Positions 37,728 to 47,745 of a stretch of 64,000 bases of DNA are shown here, one piece after another. Position 1 is the stretch's first letter, and every line of letters starts with the position of its first letter. This DNA is from a virus. A program made the translations under genes and the position numbers. The DNA lies in IMG/VR virus record IMGVR_UViG_3300017971_007885, positions 1-64,000 of that record, one strand, 5' to 3'. The notes under the pieces are model-generated. The model was not told the DNA's origin. It saw only the letters and a program-made list of their open reading frames with translations, and did no database searches.

Positions 37728-37921
37728 CCACGGTGCGGATTATTCCATGCCAGGAACGTGGTTGCCGGTGGCTCCGAGATCCAAAAGGGCCATTGGACGA
37801 TCCGGTTTTTGTGTGTTACGCATTTCCGAACGGGATACCCGAAGAGATCCTAAACGGCAAAAACGATCACACAAAGCCCTATCCGGGCGATGATGGTTTT
37901 ATGTTCCAGGCGGAAGAGTAG
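37724..37921 (+). CDS. small Cys/His protein (putative partner of upstream peptidase)
   Basis: CQERGC...CYAFPNGIP..I..G..DH..PYPGDDG. Confidence 0.7.
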   Translation: MTTVRIIPCQERGCRWLRDPKGPLDDPVFVCYAFPNGIPEEILNGKNDHTKPYPGDDGFMFQAEE

Positions 37922-38199
37922 TGCTTGATCGATTGGCGTATTTCTTCCACCCATTCCTTGGCGTTGACCTGGACGCCGGTCAGATCGAGCGAGTTGGACA
38001 CGACGAATAGACCATATAGGGTTTGGATCACAGATTCGATTTGATCGGCTGAATAGGCGGCCAATGCCGGGCCGATCTCTCGGGCAAGGCGCATGTTGCG
38101 CTCTTTGCGTGTGACTGCTACACTGGGGAAATAAAAAGAATGTGCCCCCGGCGCTTTCAGTGCTTCACGCATCTTTGACACGTATTCTTGCAGTTTCAT
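37879..38199 (-). CDS. hypothetical protein, the only convincing minus-strand gene
   Basis: AAGGGAG RBS and CATGGTATAAT promoter on minus strand; fills + strand gap. Confidence 0.6.
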   Translation of the reverse strand: MKLQEYVSKMREALKAPGAHSFYFPSVAVTRKERNMRLAREIGPALAAYSADQIESVIQTLYGLFVVSNSLDLTGVQVNAKEWVEEIRQSIKHYSSAWNIKPSSPG

Positions 38200-38221
38200 G
38201 TGTGCTCCCTTCTATAAGGGA

Positions 38222-38232
38222 ATTATACCATG
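38222..38232 (-). promoter_or_regulatory. extended -10 promoter (minus strand)
   Basis: reverse complement reads CATGGTATAAT. Confidence 0.55.
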
Positions 38233-38236
38233 AAAA

Positions 38237-40492
38237 ATGGATAAAGGTAAAACTATGGAGCCCAGATCAAACGATCAATTGGCCACGATGGCCAAAAAAG
38301 AATCATTGGCCCTTGCCCAAAAGGCCAGTGCGCCAAAATCATCGATCCAGCTTCGAGTAACCGATCCGGCAAAGTTGGCCGGCGGTTGGAGTTCGGGCTT
38401 GACCAATTTTGTGAACCTCTTGGCCGGTCAAGATCAAGGGTGCCCGCCATGGTCGTGCCCATTGCGCCGGGCTGACTATTTGGAATCGGTTTGGCGTAAT
38501 GATAGCCGTCTATCAGGTGTGATCTTTACGATGGTTTCACGGATCGCTTCACTGGGGTGGGCCATTGTGGGGCCGATCAAGAAATTAAGACGTTGGTACG
38601 ATATGCTTGCGTGGGCAGATGAAGAGGGATGGACTCAGTTTATCAAACTGTTTTTTGCCGACTATCTGACCACGGATGAAGGCGGGATTCTGGAAACAAC
38701 CCGGAGCTTTTATCCCCGTGGTCCGCTCGTTTCTTTGTGGAATATGGACGCCAGGCACGCCATACCGGGACCGGTCACGTTGCCCGCAAAAACTGAAGTG
38801 GCCGGAAAGAGCACCAAGATGAAGTCTTGGCCGCTTATTTTCAAAGATCAAGATCATTGGAAGGGACTCAAGAAAGGGCAATTTTTGCGCGTGGCCTCAC
38901 TTCCGACCACGGACCAATTCAGACGGCGCATGGGGTTCTGTTTTATGTCTAGAATCTTGCGCTATGCCGCTCTAGCCGATGCCATGCTAAAGTTTCAAGA
39001 AGAGCGGGTGTCAAACTTGCCCCCAGAGGGGATCGCCACGATCTCAGGACTAACCAGGCCACAGGTCGAGAAGGCCATGCAGGAATACACCCTTCAGCGC
39101 AAACAAAAAAACCAGTTGACATGGCCGGGCGTGCTTTGGTTGGTATCCAATACCTATGGTCAGGAATGCAAGGTAGCTTTTACAAGCTTTCGCCAGGTGT
39201 GGGAAAACTTTAGTGATCGGGAAGCAAACGAGGTTTTTTCTAAAGTCGTGGCACTGGATGCCGGGATCGATGTATCCGAGATATGGCAAGTGGAATTCCA
39301 CGGGGCAACAAAGGCCGCTTCTTGGCTCCAGCACAAAAAGAGCTTGGGCAAGGGATCGGCTGAATTTATCGTGGAATTCGAGCGATGGATCGCCAGGAAC
39401 ACGCCTCAAGATATCGCTTTCCGCTTTGACACGCCGGACGACGAACAGGACGTGACGCATGAGCGGATCCGGCAAATGCGAATTAAAAACATCAAGGAGC
39501 TTTGGGTACCGCCTCAAGGACAAGAAGAAGGACTGCTTACAAAAGAACAAGCTCTTGAGTTATTGGCCATGGAGCAGGTTATACCCAACTATATGGCCGC
39601 CCCAACTATAAGCACGGTGACTGACATTATCAAAAGCAACACAGGGGGGACCATTGGCCGGATGCACTTTCCTTCAGGGGCTATCGAGATTGACCGGCCA
39701 TATTGGCAACTTGATGCCACGATGCTGACAGCCGCCGATCTTGACCTGGAGCCGGTCAACCGGAATGATCCGGGGATCGATGCCTTGCTAGATGAAGCAT
39801 CCCCAGAGTTGGCCACTCAACTAATCCCGATCGTCAAGCGGTGGGAAGACCTGAACGAGCGACTTAGGAGAGTGCTTGATCTATGGCAAAGGGATATAAT
39901 AAGCGAGTTGGAAGGCAACCCGGATATTTTGGCAGATCCAAACTACTGGAGCGGATGGGGCGATCAAATCTCAGATGCTCTTATGCCCGCCTTTTATCAA
40001 TCGGCACTCGAAGGCGGCATGAGTGTACTATCTCAACCCGGTCTAGATGTAAGCTTTGATCGGGTCAATCAAGTGGCCAGGCAGGTAGCACAAGAAGAGA
40101 TGTTTGGCATGGTCAGCTTGACAGGCAATGAAAGCATAGTGCGATCACGCCGGGAACTGCTTGATCAAGTGCGCAAGGACTTGGCCACGGAAAAGATCGC
40201 TTGGACAGATGTGGAAGGGCGGCTTGCCCCCTACTTTGGAGCGGGCCGGGCACGTATGATTGCCGTGTCCGAGAACACCGATCTATGGGCCGGGGCTCAG
40301 TTACGAACGGCCACGGGTGCAGGGCTCACGGAAAAGAGGTCTATCCGGGCTGACATTGGCCGGGTATGCCCAACCCACATATGTGACGATGCGCAAGCGG
40401 CGGGGTGGGTGCCGATCGATGAAGAGATCGTGCCGGGTCATAAGCGCCCAAGATACCATCCTATGTGCTATTGTTTCACTCAATACCGCTAA
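38237..40492 (+). CDS. portal protein fused to MuF-like head morphogenesis domain
   Basis: position and size; C-terminal RARMIAVSE...C..C...HPMCYC MuF motif. Confidence 0.75.
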   Translation: MDKGKTMEPRSNDQLATMAKKESLALAQKASAPKSSIQLRVTDPAKLAGGWSSGLTNFVNLLAGQDQGCPPWSCPLRRADYLESVWRNDSRLSGVIFTMVSRIASLGWAIVGPIKKLRRWYDMLAWADEEGWTQFIKLFFADYLTTDEGGILETTRSFYPRGPLVSLWNMDARHAIPGPVTLPAKTEVAGKSTKMKSWPLIFKDQDHWKGLKKGQFLRVASLPTTDQFRRRMGFCFMSRILRYAALADAMLKFQEERVSNLPPEGIATISGLTRPQVEKAMQEYTLQRKQKNQLTWPGVLWLVSNTYGQECKVAFTSFRQVWENFSDREANEVFSKVVALDAGIDVSEIWQVEFHGATKAASWLQHKKSLGKGSAEFIVEFERWIARNTPQDIAFRFDTPDDEQDVTHERIRQMRIKNIKELWVPPQGQEEGLLTKEQALELLAMEQVIPNYMAAPTISTVTDIIKSNTGGTIGRMHFPSGAIEIDRPYWQLDATMLTAADLDLEPVNRNDPGIDALLDEASPELATQLIPIVKRWEDLNERLRRVLDLWQRDIISELEGNPDILADPNYWSGWGDQISDALMPAFYQSALEGGMSVLSQPGLDVSFDRVNQVARQVAQEEMFGMVSLTGNESIVRSRRELLDQVRKDLATEKIAWTDVEGRLAPYFGAGRARMIAVSENTDLWAGAQLRTATGAGLTEKRSIRADIGRVCPTHICDDAQAAGWVPIDEEIVPGHKRPRYHPMCYCFTQYR

Positions 40493-40512
40493 GCATCATA
40501 GAAAGATTGTCA

Positions 40513-41517
40513 ATGCCTAGAAAAGCAACTAGAATACAAAAAGTCTGTAAAGTTTGCGGTGAACCATTTGAAGTGCTCCCAAGTAGAGCCAAGAAGCGGT
40601 TTTGCTCCAAGTCATGCGCCGCCAAAGTAAACCGCAAGACTAAAAATCCAGTGTTTGTAAAGTGTCAACAATGTGGCGTAGAATTCCAGGTGCCACCAAG
40701 TAGAAGAGATGCCAAGTTTTGTTCCAAAGAGTGCTATGGAGAATCCAAGAAGGGCATAGTGCCGGATGTAAAAGGCAAGCATTGGTGGAATTCGGAGCCG
40801 GTCACTTTGGAATGTGAGCAGTGCCACGCACCGTTTCAGGTGCCAGAATCACGGAAAGGCACGGCGCGTTTTTGCACAAAAACATGTGCCGATCTTTGGA
40901 GAGTAGGCCGGGATAGACCAGAAATGAAGCGCCAGGTCCAGGTAACTTGTGAACAGTGCGGCAAGACATTTTCAATCAATGCCGCCCAAACAGAACGGCG
41001 CTTTTGTTCTCGGGGTTGTCGTGCTCTATGGCTTGGTGAACTGCAAGCGGGCCAGGATCATCCAGGTTACAACAGTGAAGAGCGGGCTTGTTTGCAGTGC
41101 GGGAAGCCGATCCAGGTAACCAAGGGGTACAGAGAAAAGGGATGGGGTCAGTTTTGCAACCGGCAATGCCAGGCGCTCTATCAAGTGGGAGCCAATAGCC
41201 CGGCATGGAAGGGCGGCTTGTCTTTTGAGCCGTATCCCCCCGAGTTTAACGATCGGCTGAAGCGCCCGGTGTGGGCACGGGATCGGGGTATTTGCCGGTG
41301 TGGATGTGGCCAACCCGGTGCCGATGTGCACCATGTGGACTATGACAAGGAAAACAACAGCTTGGGCAACTTGGTGCTTTTGGCCAAGTCATGCCACGGC
41401 AAAACGAACTTCAACCGGGAGCACTGGACGGCATTTTTCCAGGCCCAACAAGAGGGATTATCAAATGCCATACCCAAACGAGCACGCCGCAAGGCTCAAC
41501 AACCCGGACAAGTATAA
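40513..41517 (+). CDS. HNH endonuclease with tandem CxxC/FCSxxC zinc fingers
   Basis: five C..C-x-FC...C repeats; NSPAWKGG; RD..C..DVHH.DYDK.NN..NL. Confidence 0.85.
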   Translation: MPRKATRIQKVCKVCGEPFEVLPSRAKKRFCSKSCAAKVNRKTKNPVFVKCQQCGVEFQVPPSRRDAKFCSKECYGESKKGIVPDVKGKHWWNSEPVTLECEQCHAPFQVPESRKGTARFCTKTCADLWRVGRDRPEMKRQVQVTCEQCGKTFSINAAQTERRFCSRGCRALWLGELQAGQDHPGYNSEERACLQCGKPIQVTKGYREKGWGQFCNRQCQALYQVGANSPAWKGGLSFEPYPPEFNDRLKRPVWARDRGICRCGCGQPGADVHHVDYDKENNSLGNLVLLAKSCHGKTNFNREHWTAFFQAQQEGLSNAIPKRARRKAQQPGQV

Positions 41518-41767
41518 GCGAGTGCGCCGGGTCAATAACAAATTTGGTCCAGGGATCCATGCCATCTTTGGCTTTACGGGTTCAAAGCAGGACGGCGGTG
41601 GTGAACTGCAAGCAATCCGCTTTGATCGCTCCAAGTATACACCCAAACAGGCACGGAAGTGGCTCAAAGAGCACGATTACAAGGCTATGCTGGAAGAGGC
41701 CACAAAACCAAAGGCCGCTCCGGTCAAGAAGAGCGCATGGTTTATGGGTTGGCACGTAACCCGATAG
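41465..41767 (+). CDS. conserved-looking phage head-region protein
   Basis: MPYPNEHAARL..., ELQAIRF...ARKWL; ends in KKSAWFMGWHV. Confidence 0.7.
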   Translation: MPYPNEHAARLNNPDKYKRVRRVNNKFGPGIHAIFGFTGSKQDGGGELQAIRFDRSKYTPKQARKWLKEHDYKAMLEEATKPKAAPVKKSAWFMGWHVTR

Positions 41768-41777
41768 GGGATTATCA

Positions 41778-42278
41778 ATGGCTTGGGACGTGATCGATGA
41801 AGGGCAAGAATACGAGATTGATCTTGATGAATTCGACGTGGCGATCGGGAAGGCGCTCCAGAGAGCGGCCAACGTGGTCCGCACCCCTTTGGCTACGCCG
41901 CCCACCAAAAAGCCAGGGGAAAAACACCTTGCCGGGCCATTGCCAGGCGGATTTTACACGAACCGCCAACGAAAGTTTGTGCTTGCCGGGATCCGGAGCG
42001 GGGCCATCAAGGTGCCTTATCTCAGGACTGGAAACTTGCCACGATCTTGGTCTATCTCAGATCCCGAGAAGGATGGCAAGGATCTGACCGTTACCATCTT
42101 TTCGGATATTACAGAAGCGCCATATAATGAGTGGGTCCAGCAGGACAACAGAGCGGCAAAGCGCCGCCAGGTGCCCATGCATAAGGATTGGCCGGTGCCC
42201 AACGATGTAGCAGATAGGAACGAGAAAAAAGTAAGCCAGATCCTGGAAGACGAAATGAAGCATTGGGGCGGTGCATAA
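41778..42278 (+). CDS. HK97 gp10-like/head-tail component
   Basis: YLRTGNLPRSW, APY..WVQ. Confidence 0.55.
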   Translation: MAWDVIDEGQEYEIDLDEFDVAIGKALQRAANVVRTPLATPPTKKPGEKHLAGPLPGGFYTNRQRKFVLAGIRSGAIKVPYLRTGNLPRSWSISDPEKDGKDLTVTIFSDITEAPYNEWVQQDNRAAKRRQVPMHKDWPVPNDVADRNEKKVSQILEDEMKHWGGA

Positions 42279-42481
42279 TGGCGGACACTAGAAAAACCGT
42301 CCGGCTTGGCCCGGAAGAGATGCAGCTTATACAGAAACTTAGGGTATTGCGGCGGAGCGATATCCATGGTATAATGGTAGTTAAATGGGAGCCATCGGCT
42401 CTTTCTATAGTCACGAAGACAGGCCAGATCGTTACCTACGAGTGCGGGAAACGCCGCACATCCGGAAACGGCACTATCTGA
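42278..42481 (+). CDS. small hypothetical protein
   Basis: TAATG coupling; contains internal promoter. Confidence 0.45.
   Translation: MADTRKTVRLGPEEMQLIQKLRVLRRSDIHGIMVVKWEPSALSIVTKTGQIVTYECGKRRTSGNGTI
42347..42375 (+). promoter_or_regulatory. sigma70-type promoter
   Basis: TTGCGG, 17 nt, TG-n-TATAAT. Confidence 0.55.
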
Positions 42482-42511
42482 CCACCCAACCGGATCGGTA
42501 TAGCCGATGAC

Positions 42512-42553
42512 GCGGGCATGCGCTTTACGGGCGCATGCCCGTTTTTGCGTTTT
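42512..42553 (+). terminator. intrinsic terminator/attenuator
   Basis: GCGGGCATGCGC-7nt-GCGCATGCCCGT stem followed by T-rich tract. Confidence 0.7.
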
Positions 42554-42568
42554 GGGAGCAGGTGCATA

Positions 42569-43147
42569 ATGCAACACGGCAGGGCCATGGTGGCATTCTT
42601 TTTGCCCCAGTACGCGAGTGAACAACTGGACTCATTCAAGGAGCACTTTCCGCCAGGCTCTGAAGTGACGCCGCTTCAGGATTATCATATCACCTTGGCC
42701 TATATGCCGGAAGTCAAGGATAAAGAGCTTTTGCGTGAAGTAGTCCGGGGGTTTGCACAAAACGAGCACCCAATATCCGGACAGATCGGTGGTATCGGGC
42801 GTTTTGCCCACGATGAAAAGGGTACAAACCCATTTTACACGTCTTTTGATGCTCCAGTGTTGCCAGGCTTCCGCCAAAGGCTAGTAGAAAAGCTTGGCCA
42901 ATACGGCATTGCGGTTTCAGAATTGCACGGCTTTATTCCACATTGCACCATGGCCTACATTCCAGCCAACACACACAACCCGGCCCTTGTGGTGCCATAT
43001 ATCGGGGTCACTTTTGATTGCATTTGGTTAGCATCCGACGATGATCGGGAACGGTTTCCGTTGGTATCCACGACGATGGAGCTAAAAAAAAGACTCGGGC
43101 CAAGAGCAAAAGCCCTTGCAGGAGTGATAGAGTATGCCAAGTCCTAG
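42569..43147 (+). CDS. 2H phosphoesterase (2'-5' RNA ligase/Acb1-like)
   Basis: two HxT motifs: YHITLAY and PHCTMAY. Confidence 0.8.
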   Translation: MQHGRAMVAFFLPQYASEQLDSFKEHFPPGSEVTPLQDYHITLAYMPEVKDKELLREVVRGFAQNEHPISGQIGGIGRFAHDEKGTNPFYTSFDAPVLPGFRQRLVEKLGQYGIAVSELHGFIPHCTMAYIPANTHNPALVVPYIGVTFDCIWLASDDDRERFPLVSTTMELKKRLGPRAKALAGVIEYAKS

Positions 43148-43577
43148 TAAGCCATGGTTAGCAAGAGTGCTTGTAGCAATCGAGCAATTATCTGGTGCGA
43201 TCGGGGGCGGAAGCGGATCCGCGATCGGGGTGAATCTGGAAGATATCATTGGTGCGGATGCCAATGCCAACTTTGTGGATGAGCCGGCGGCCAACACAGC
43301 GGCGGTTGTGACATTGGCCGCTCCAGGTGCCGGAGTACGTAACGTGATCGGTGTGATTGGTTGGTCCTATGATGGTGAACCGGCCAATGGTTCTTTAACA
43401 ATTGCATCCGGGGGAGCCGACTTTTTCAAGATCGACATAACAACCAGTGGGCCGGGCTTCTATCCTTTTTTGCCCCGCCCCTTGCGTCTTCCAGCGGGCC
43501 AGGCCGTGACGATCACCCTATCGGCGGCAGGAGTTGGGATCAGCGGGATTGTCAATACCCATGCCTGGACAGAGTAG
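43134..43577 (+). CDS. putative virion structural protein
   Basis: Ala/Gly beta-rich, head module. Confidence 0.55.
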   Translation: MPSPSKPWLARVLVAIEQLSGAIGGGSGSAIGVNLEDIIGADANANFVDEPAANTAAVVTLAAPGAGVRNVIGVIGWSYDGEPANGSLTIASGGADFFKIDITTSGPGFYPFLPRPLRLPAGQAVTITLSAAGVGISGIVNTHAWTE

Positions 43578-43586
43578 GGTGGAAGA

Positions 43587-43829
43587 ATGGTTATTCGCTA
43601 TTGGTGGCTTGCAAGACTCATTCAAGCACTTTCTATTTTCGGGCGTTGCGGGACTATTGGCGTATTGCTTGACCTGGATCATGTGTTGGTTCTCTTACTC
43701 GAAGGGAAGCCCCTCACGTGGGAGAACCTTTGCACGAATTCAGGCAGACCGTTCCATATCCCGGCTGTGTTGGTCAGCGGCGGTGTTTTTTGCATTTCTT
43801 GTGCATTGCGTACAGGACGGGCTAATTAG
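43587..43829 (+). CDS. small membrane protein
   Basis: hydrophobic; LLDLDH motif reminiscent of YdjM-type hydrolases. Confidence 0.45.
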   Translation: MVIRYWWLARLIQALSIFGRCGTIGVLLDLDHVLVLLLEGKPLTWENLCTNSGRPFHIPAVLVSGGVFCISCALRTGRAN

Positions 43830-45569
43830 ATGAGCTTATCACTGACAGGGATGCAAGGTCTTCATGGCCTCATAGGTAGAGTGCGGTGGTTGTTGCGGGA
43901 TGACTTTTGCGACACGAGAGCGGCCGGCGCTGTCGATGGCACCCCGGCCACGCCTGGACCTGGAACGAGAACGGTGGTTGACACGGGCAATCACATGTCT
44001 GTGAATGGAGATTTTTTGACCACAGATGGGTCCGTTGCAACAGGAGATCCACGATGCTACTACAATGTTGTGTTTACTAGACAGGCCGGTCTAGTAGCTC
44101 TTTGTGATATTGAAACGAATTCACGGATCTATTTTGGATTTGATAGTGGCGTCGGGGCAGAGCCAGATCTAGCCGCCTTGTCGTTTAACGGAACGCCTCT
44201 TTTTGCTTGGGATGGTGGAGTGGCACGCCAGGTTGGAACCATAGTTCTTGGTGCAAAGTATAAACTGGGCATTGTGTTGCGCACATCAGGGCTGTACTGT
44301 TTCATCAAAGGACAAGCATTCACACATTGGACACTATTGTGGTTCAGTGCCGCAAATAATACAGCAAATTTGTATCTAGGGGCTTGTGGACGAACAGGCA
44401 CACTGGATAGTGATTTTATCCGTGTCCCAGACGCCCTATGGCTCCCAAACCCGCTTGCCCATGACTCTTTCACTCGTGCCAACGGGCCGCTAGGATCAAC
44501 GGAAGATACAGGGCCAGATGGACAACCGTCAACGATCAGGGTGTGGCAGTTGGGTGGGGCGACATGGGCCGTGAGTGCAAATGAAGCCGTCAACACGCCA
44601 ACGTTGGGATCGGAAGAATTGACCAACGGTAACTTTACAGCCTGGACCGGGGATGATCCGGATAATTGGTCCGTTTTACTTGAGGATGTGAACAACTATG
44701 TCACCGAAAATCCGGCCAACAACGCACAAGTTGTGTCGGACGGATCAGCAGGTGTCAATCTCCGGCAGTCTTGCATGGGCGAAGGGTGGTTTCGCATTCA
44801 AGCGGTCGTTTCTGCACATGCCGTTGGCGGGCTTAAAATCTACAACACTGATGGGGAATGGATTTTTCAAAGCGGAAAACCCAATGCGGTTGGAACGTGG
44901 GAGAGTAGCCAATACAACAGCGGTGTAGGAATGTCGCTCATCGTCCAGGCGGCGGCGGCCTGTGATATCACGCTTGATAGTGTCAGCGTGAAACGGCTGA
45001 CCACAAAAGAGCTATTCTCAGCCGTGCAAGTAGCAACGGCAGATGTACTTGCCAGTGTCGAGATTGACGCAATGCCAGTTTCAGGAACTGAATATGCCCA
45101 GGCCGGCCTTATGCTCAACCTTGACGATCCGGACAACCCGCAAAACTATGTGTTAGTCCTTATGGATACAGCACCGTTGTCACTCGGATTTGTGCGAATT
45201 CACAAGTGGGTAGCCGGGGTGAGGACGAATGTTGCAAACACAAGTGTTGCTTATGTACCCGGCGCAACGCTTGTAGCCGTTAAGGATGGCACATCCTATT
45301 CAGTGTACTATAACAACTCGCTCGTAGGAACGACACAGACCATTGCTGATGCCGGGATTATCAATAACACGTTACACGGCATGTTCAGCACGCACGAAGA
45401 CAACCAGTTAGACAACTTTCAGGTGTTCGCTCGTGGAACAGGTAACGAGTACAACCGGCTGGATGCGTGGTCATTTGACGGCAATTGTGCTGCCTGTGTT
45501 TGACTGCTTTTAATGGAATCAGGCGATTTCCTACTACTCGAAAGCGGGGACAAGATTTTATTGGAGTAA
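43830..45569 (+). CDS. virion fibre/decoration protein with in-frame UGA (45501-45503), candidate selenoprotein
   Basis: DSFTRANG and ELTNGNF carbohydrate-binding-type repeats; frame continues past TGA into LLLMESGDFLLLESGDKILLE; hairpin 11 nt after UGA. Confidence 0.65.
45515..45531 (+). promoter_or_regulatory. candidate bacterial SECIS element
   Basis: GGAATC-AGGC-GATTTCC, 17-nt stem-loop with bulged U, 11 nt after UGA. Confidence 0.55.
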
Positions 45570-45573
45570 AACG

Positions 45574-47745
45574 ATGCCCGACACAAAGATATCAAATTTG
45601 ACACCGTTGGCTACCGCCGTTAAAGGTGACGTGCTCCCGATCGTCAACGGGGGCGCAACCAAAAAGATCACGGTTGAAGACTTGTTGCGTTACGAGAACG
45701 TGATCACGGTTGCCAAAAGCGGGCCGGCGGACTATACAACTATTGAAGCGGCTCTTGCTGTAGCGGCGGCTCGTGATGTGATCATGGTTGCGCCGGGTAT
45801 CTATTCTGAAAACAACCCTTTGACCGTGCCCGATCAGGTCACGATCATGGCACTCGGGGAGCAGAACACAACCCGGATAGAAGCAGCCAATGCCAACCAG
45901 GATCTGTTCACGAGTGCTAACTTTTTTATCGTCACGGGCTTTTCTATTGCCGATGTAGCTGGAACTGGTTGGATCATTGACGTAAACGCCGCCGATGCCG
46001 TGATTTTTGAGGACTGTGTTGTCTATGAGTGTGAGCAGGGATTCAGAACGTCTCACGTGTCCGCCACGCTGACCTTGGGCAATATATTCTTTTTGACCTT
46101 GGGCGTTACCAAGACCGATCCGTGCGTTCGGAACAACGCCGGAAACATCACCGTTGCCGGTGGGCGTATTGGCGTAGGCTCTTTGATCGGTTGCGTTTTC
46201 AATGTGGACGGCGCAAATGCGATCACCACCGTGCTTCACTTTCTGACATTTGAAACCACCGTTGACTATGTTGTGGTAGCTGACAACGGGGCACGCTCTG
46301 TTTTTACCGGGTGTTCGTTTGTGGGAATGAACGATGCGGCTTCTTTGGCCGGTGGAAGCGATACGCGATTTGTCGCCACGTCTGTCTTTTTGGCCGGGAA
46401 TGATGCGATCCGAATTGAAAACAGCGGAGCCAACACAAACTTTGTAGGCCAAGGGATCACGGTTGAGTCAACGACTCGCTACGATCTCAACATTTTGAGT
46501 GCAACGGGTACAGTATCGGGGTTTGGACAGTCTGCGCTTGATCAGATGAACTTTGTTACGGGAGCGCAGTTTACAGCCAGCTTTGTGGACTTGAAAGAGG
46601 ACGACGAAGGGCTGAATGTCGTTGGGGAACTTCACGTTGGCATACCGGAACTTGGCGCAGAATCGGTTATGGGCCAGGGCGATAGTTACACACGTGGTAT
46701 GCTTGTCTACACTTATAATCCAGCCGGGCCGGTGTGGGCTGATGTTAGTGTCGCCGCCCGATCTGCTTCCGGGTCCACATTCACATTTCCGGCAGTGGCG
46801 GCAAATAACGCGATCTATGTTGCTTCCAGCTTGGCGGATGCTTCGGACTATTTGCACCACGATGGAATCAAGGCCAGCATTACAACCGCCGCCGTTTTGG
46901 GTGGTGGGTCGATCGTGGTCGAATACTGGAACGGGGCGGCCTGGGTGCCCATTGATCACATGTCCACGCTATCAAATGCCCCCTATACTCAGTATGGAAA
47001 GAATATCTTTGAGCGGACAGGCTCCGAACAAATCCGCTATCCGTTGGCCTTTGTATCGTCTTGGACCAAAAACGATCCAGTGACGCCGGCCATTGGCACA
47101 AATTACTTTTGGATGCGTTTCCGGGTTGTAGGCGGGATTACCACGGCACCGATCTTTGAGCAATTCAAGCTACACACCGATCGCTTTGAGGTTAACGCTG
47201 ATGGCGTCACGGAGTATTTTGGCCATGCCCGCTATCCGCAAGATTTGAGACTAGACTATCGGGAACTAAGCGGCTTTTCTCCAGGCAATCAGAATGTTGC
47301 TTATGGAACCGGGGTCACGTTTGTTTATATCAATAACAAGTTTGTAGATGGCAAAAAGGACGGATTTGGTGTTTACGTGACCATTCCGACAGGTATCGAC
47401 ACAAGTTTGCCACTCCGCTTTGCCTGGAACTGGTATGCAGACACGGCCAATGCCGGGGATGTGGAATTTACTGTAGAAGATATACAGCTTGAGGTAGGTG
47501 ATCTGATAGATGGCACGGCCGGCACCACAACTTATACCACGGTTGAGACTGTCGGGGCTGGAACCAGATACGTTTTCCGCCAGTCTTACCTTGACCTGGA
47601 TATCTCGGATTTGGTGCCTGGGGAAGCCGTGGCCATCGCTCTTTATCGTGATGCAACAGCACCCAATGATCCGCCTGATACACTAAACGGTGATGTTGTG
47701 ATCTTTGGTGATATCCGGGCGATCGGTTACTTTTGGCGGCCATGA
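45574..47745 (+). CDS. beta-helix (pectinesterase/pectin-lyase-like) spike protein
   Basis: N-terminal KISNL...KKITV domain; TVAKSGPADYTTIEAAL...VAPGIYSE. Confidence 0.7.
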   Translation: MPDTKISNLTPLATAVKGDVLPIVNGGATKKITVEDLLRYENVITVAKSGPADYTTIEAALAVAAARDVIMVAPGIYSENNPLTVPDQVTIMALGEQNTTRIEAANANQDLFTSANFFIVTGFSIADVAGTGWIIDVNAADAVIFEDCVVYECEQGFRTSHVSATLTLGNIFFLTLGVTKTDPCVRNNAGNITVAGGRIGVGSLIGCVFNVDGANAITTVLHFLTFETTVDYVVVADNGARSVFTGCSFVGMNDAASLAGGSDTRFVATSVFLAGNDAIRIENSGANTNFVGQGITVESTTRYDLNILSATGTVSGFGQSALDQMNFVTGAQFTASFVDLKEDDEGLNVVGELHVGIPELGAESVMGQGDSYTRGMLVYTYNPAGPVWADVSVAARSASGSTFTFPAVAANNAIYVASSLADASDYLHHDGIKASITTAAVLGGGSIVVEYWNGAAWVPIDHMSTLSNAPYTQYGKNIFERTGSEQIRYPLAFVSSWTKNDPVTPAIGTNYFWMRFRVVGGITTAPIFEQFKLHTDRFEVNADGVTEYFGHARYPQDLRLDYRELSGFSPGNQNVAYGTGVTFVYINNKFVDGKKDGFGVYVTIPTGIDTSLPLRFAWNWYADTANAGDVEFTVEDIQLEVGDLIDGTAGTTTYTTVETVGAGTRYVFRQSYLDLDISDLVPGEAVAIALYRDATAPNDPPDTLNGDVVIFGDIRAIGYFWRP

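Noticed and set aside
42479-42568. TGA of ORF 42278 is in frame with the 2H gene and followed by a hairpin (possible third Sec site)
   Set aside because: No Cys/redox context, the intervening sequence is a strong terminator, and the 2H gene has its own RBS.
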